DNA from: Camelus dromedarius
Lineage: Eukaryota
Length of the DNA stretch: 64,000 nt
Direction of reading: 5' to 3'
Assembly (NCBI RefSeq): GCF_036321535.1
Contig: NC_087436.1
Location: forward strand, 100,070,001 to 100,134,000
Shown: piece by piece, positions 60,446 to 64,000 of the stretch
How positions within the stretch are numbered: position 1 is the first letter of the stretch
Layout: each line of letters begins with the position of its first letter
Notes under the pieces: model-generated
Told to the model about the DNA's origin: nothing
Seen by the model: the letters and a program-made list of their open reading frames with translations, nothing else
Database searches by the model: none
Made by a program: the position numbers and the translations under genes

Positions 60446-62149
60446 ATCAAGTGTCCAAAACTTATAAGGAATGGCTAAAAATCTATGAAAGGATCAGAAG
60501 AAGAAAAAAAGGAAAATGGGAAGAAATGATATGCACAGAAGGGAAAAATCTAAATACCCAATACATATATCAACATATTTAATCTCTCTTGACAATCAGA
60601 AAAATAGATTAAAATAATTAGGAGATAATAATCAGGAAAGCATATATTATATTAAAATTAAATTATATCCAATTGACTTTGAGAAGGAAACATTTATATT
60701 TTTGATCCTATTATGTCTTGCATGGTTCTAGGTAATTTGTCTTCATTGACTCTCTTCCTGAAATCTTAGAGCAAACTAATAAATAAGTTTTTTTATCTTC
60801 ATCATACAGATGAGCAATTTGAAACTCAGAAAACTTAAGAACTTGCCAAAGAAAATACAAGTTAAAATTCTAACCAGGACTCAAAAATTATGTTTAACTT
60901 CAAAGCCTATTAATGTTTCTGTTTGGACATGTGTATGTATATATGTTGGCCAAATGGAAAGGTACAATATGGTGAAAGAGAAAACGTCATGTGCATATCT
61001 TGTTAATTCACAAGATTAGAGACGATGCTTTTAATATCCTTGGGTACCTAGAAACTACCATAGCAACAGGAATAGAGATAAACTTTGAATAACCCAGCAT
61101 TGAAAGACTGGAGTCATATTTTTATATTTAAAATTTATAATATTTTTAAGAACTTCTAAACTTTAAAAATATATTATCTGCTTCATCAGTTTTAACCTGC
61201 TAAAATGTTTAGCTTACACAACACATAATACACAGAAACTAGAAAATAGCTCTCTAAGCTAATGGTTGTGAAAAAAAAAAACTGTATCAAAGTAAATGGC
61301 ATATTTCTTCCAATATATTTTGACGTGTTGTTATTTTTACCCCAAACAGTTATATCAGAACAAATCAAGGTTCTAGGGGTAGCCCTTATGCAAAATGAAA
61401 ATACAGATCATTCTTTCAATCAAACCTCCATCTTGGCCTTGGGGGAAACTGCTATTGAGAAAGCAGATTTGTACAAAAGATCATTCTTCTGCTGTATTAG
61501 ATTAGCAGCCAAATCAGCAAAATACCCAGAAACCATTACAAGTAAACAGTCTTCATTACAAGAAGCCAATTTTGCACATTGAAGAAAATAATTTTCTATA
61601 ATACATGTTCCAAAATTTGAAAGAAAATTATAAATAAATGAAAATCTTAGCTATCAAAGGAAATACTGGATAATGGTTAACTCTTTGAAGCAATACCTCA
61701 GTCAAAGGATACAGTCAATTGCAAAAAAGACACAAAAGATGTTTATATAGAATAATAATTACAACAACTATAGGAGCTACTCAATTTACTGTCACATCCG
61801 TGTTTGGAAAGAGTGCCTTCTCACTTATTTGCTTGCCATCCCTTGCTGACAATAATAAAGTTGATTATAATAACAAACTGATCTAGTCAGTGTTCCTTAA
61901 GGAACTAGATGTCACTCTCAGGGTGAGTTGTTTGAGGAGAGTTTAATATAAGGATTTTTTTTTTTCAATGTGGAAAGAATTTTAAAAAACCAACAAGACA
62001 TTTCAGTCTTGACATTAAGTTATTTCAGTAGAAGAGGACAAATGGAAAGGAGCTTTTGAAGAAGGAAAAAGCCTACAGAAAACTTGAAAGGATGAAATTT
62101 GAGTCTCTGGAAATTACTTTGGGTAAAGAACTGAAATCTTGTAAACCAC

Positions 62150-63110
62150 AGGACTGTGTATTGTTTCCTCCAATATACAGTCACCCCCAGCAAATATCAG
62201 CAGGTCACTGTGGGAAAGTTCGGAGGAAATTAACAGTGCATATCCGAGGCCATGTTGCAATGCTGTTTCTCGAAAAGACTCAGGTTCCCCCAGGTCAAGG
62301 CACTCCAAATCTGAATTGATTTAAACCTGGGAACCATGAATCTCCACTACAGTGAGTTGAGTAAGGTCGCTGCCCACTTGCTGTAAATATATTTTGCTAT
62401 TATACATCAAGCAGTATATTAGCAGCTGATGGTCTATTTTATTTCCAGCGGTCCTGTGGTGAATCGGCCAACACCATAGGTACCTGTAGGCACACTGATC
62501 ATCACTTCTTTTTTAAAACTTTATGTGATTATTCCTGCCTTATCTCTGGTGGTTAAGAGCTGTCACTTGCTTTTACTACTTTATTATATCCTTACTTTTA
62601 GTGAAATCAGGAAATTCAGTTTTATTACAATATCACCACAATCATCCCTGGTCCACTGAAGACAGCTGCCACTGAATATTTCAAGGATGCTTATAGCTCG
62701 CTCATCAAAGCACTTCTCAATATCGTCTAGGCAGCAGCCTCTAATTCTTTTTGTTGGTAAAGAAAGGGAATGTCTTAACAAGTTGTGTGGAACATTTTCT
62801 TTTCCCAGTGCTTTGAATTCTTTTCTAACAGCATGACTAAGGAAGATCTGGCATTTCTACCTCATTGACCACAAGCCATTAAAGAATCTAGGCTTCATTT
62901 AGTACTTATGCCCCACCAACGCTAATACATTACATCTTGAATTTTAGGTTTGTGAAACCATGTCAATAATTTCAACCCAATACAGCATTATATTTCCCTT
63001 CTTGACTCAATACACTCCCATACATGCTTCACCAAGCCTAACTAATATAAATTTGGGAAGCTTTTACAATTAGCTGGTCCATGACTTCCAAAAGTAGATT
63101 ATAATTGCAT
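62150..63110 (-). mobile_element. Decayed ERVL (HERV16-like) internal region with gag remnant
   Basis: Minus strand ~63030-62921 reads KHVWECI / GNIMLYWVEIIDMVSQT*NSRCNVLA, similar to ERVL Gag EHVWEWILRV...RNIKLDQAEFIDMGALTRDSGFNVLA. Outer limits uncertain. Confidence 0.55.
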
Positions 63111-63379
63111 GTCACAGGTTATCAGTGTTCCCTAGCAGGAAAGCTATGAGTGCATCCCTCAAATATATGAGCACTCCAACCCCAGAATCCCATTGAGAAC
63201 ATCTGTTTCCTGGAGGCCACTCCGAGGTACTGATTGCTGTGTCAATCAGTATCTCAGCAGGAAGCATTAAAACTGGATAATTCTAGGTGAGTATAATAAA
63301 GAAAATATTACAAAAGGATGAAGAGTCTATGAAAATAAGGGAAAATGCAATGTCTTGGACTAATATGGTAGCTTTCAGG

Positions 63380-63804
63380 TTGAAAAGATGGTCATGCTCA
63401 ATTCTTGCAGTTCTATGTGCATTACTACCCTTCCCACTGAGATGAAATGTATTTTACCTTCCCTCTATTTTAGGCTGGCGTATGGCTTGCTTTGACCAAG
63501 AAAATGTTGTCCAAGTGAGGCTGTGTTATTTTTGAGAGTAGCTCTGACTGTCTTGGAGCCCTGAGCCACCATGTAAAAAGACTGGCTACCCTCTTGGTGA
63601 CAGAGGCTCACCTGGGTCTCAGCCTTTCCTGCTACCCTAGCTGAAAACCCAGCTGAATTTTACTGCAGCCAGCGCCACATGGAGCAATGATAAATTGTCC
63701 CCAAATCCCTGACACAATTGACGGTCCATGCTCAAGGGAATGTTGTCCTGTTAAGTTACAAAGTGCTGGGTCTGTTTGTTCTTCATCAACATAGAACTGA
63801 AACA
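63380..63804 (+). mobile_element. MaLR LTR (MLT1H-like)
   Basis: ggcttgctttgaccaagaaaatg...ttggagccctgagccaccatgtaaaaagactggctaccct...catagaactgaaaca. Confidence 0.7.
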
Positions 63805-64000
63805 ACTAGTAAGAGTGGGGCACAGTGACACCCTCAGAACTGAAGGACATGCCTTGCGTATACGCTTCTAAGCTGATTGTAATTCTCGCTTCTTTTTGAA
63901 ATCTTACGCAGAAGTATCTACAAAACTTCAAGAACTCCAAATAACTTTTTGTCACCATCCTTATATCCTTTATATCCAACAGCTTGCATTGGGCCTCTTC

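Noticed and set aside
1..64000. CRISPR arrays, operons, rRNA or a novel multi-gene system
   Set aside because: The sequence is mammalian non-coding DNA. There is no repeat-spacer array, and the short ORFs are repeat-derived or random.

Overview
AT-rich mammalian genomic DNA, intergenic or deep intronic. It is very probably camelid (alpaca/llama/camel), because it carries two tRNA-Ala-derived vic-1-like SINEs and cetartiodactyl-type L1 3' ends. I find no intact protein-coding gene. The only gene-derived sequence is a decayed processed pseudogene of UBXN6 (about 39288-40388, minus strand). The rest is layered transposon debris: old MIR, L2, L1M, MaLR/ERVL and hAT elements, plus eight younger ERV1-type solo LTRs. 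The most informative structure is a head-to-head pair of solo LTRs (55394-56441). Their 4-bp target-site duplications are reciprocally swapped and their middles are homogenised, which points to a recombination-driven micro-inversion with gene conversion. Other notable items are a perfect 46-bp palindrome beside a CpG-retaining segment, a twin-primed L1, and two related LTRs with the same flanking repeat. I see no evidence for a novel multi-gene system. Repeat family names come from my recall of consensus sequences, not from a search, and boundaries of old repeats are approximate.
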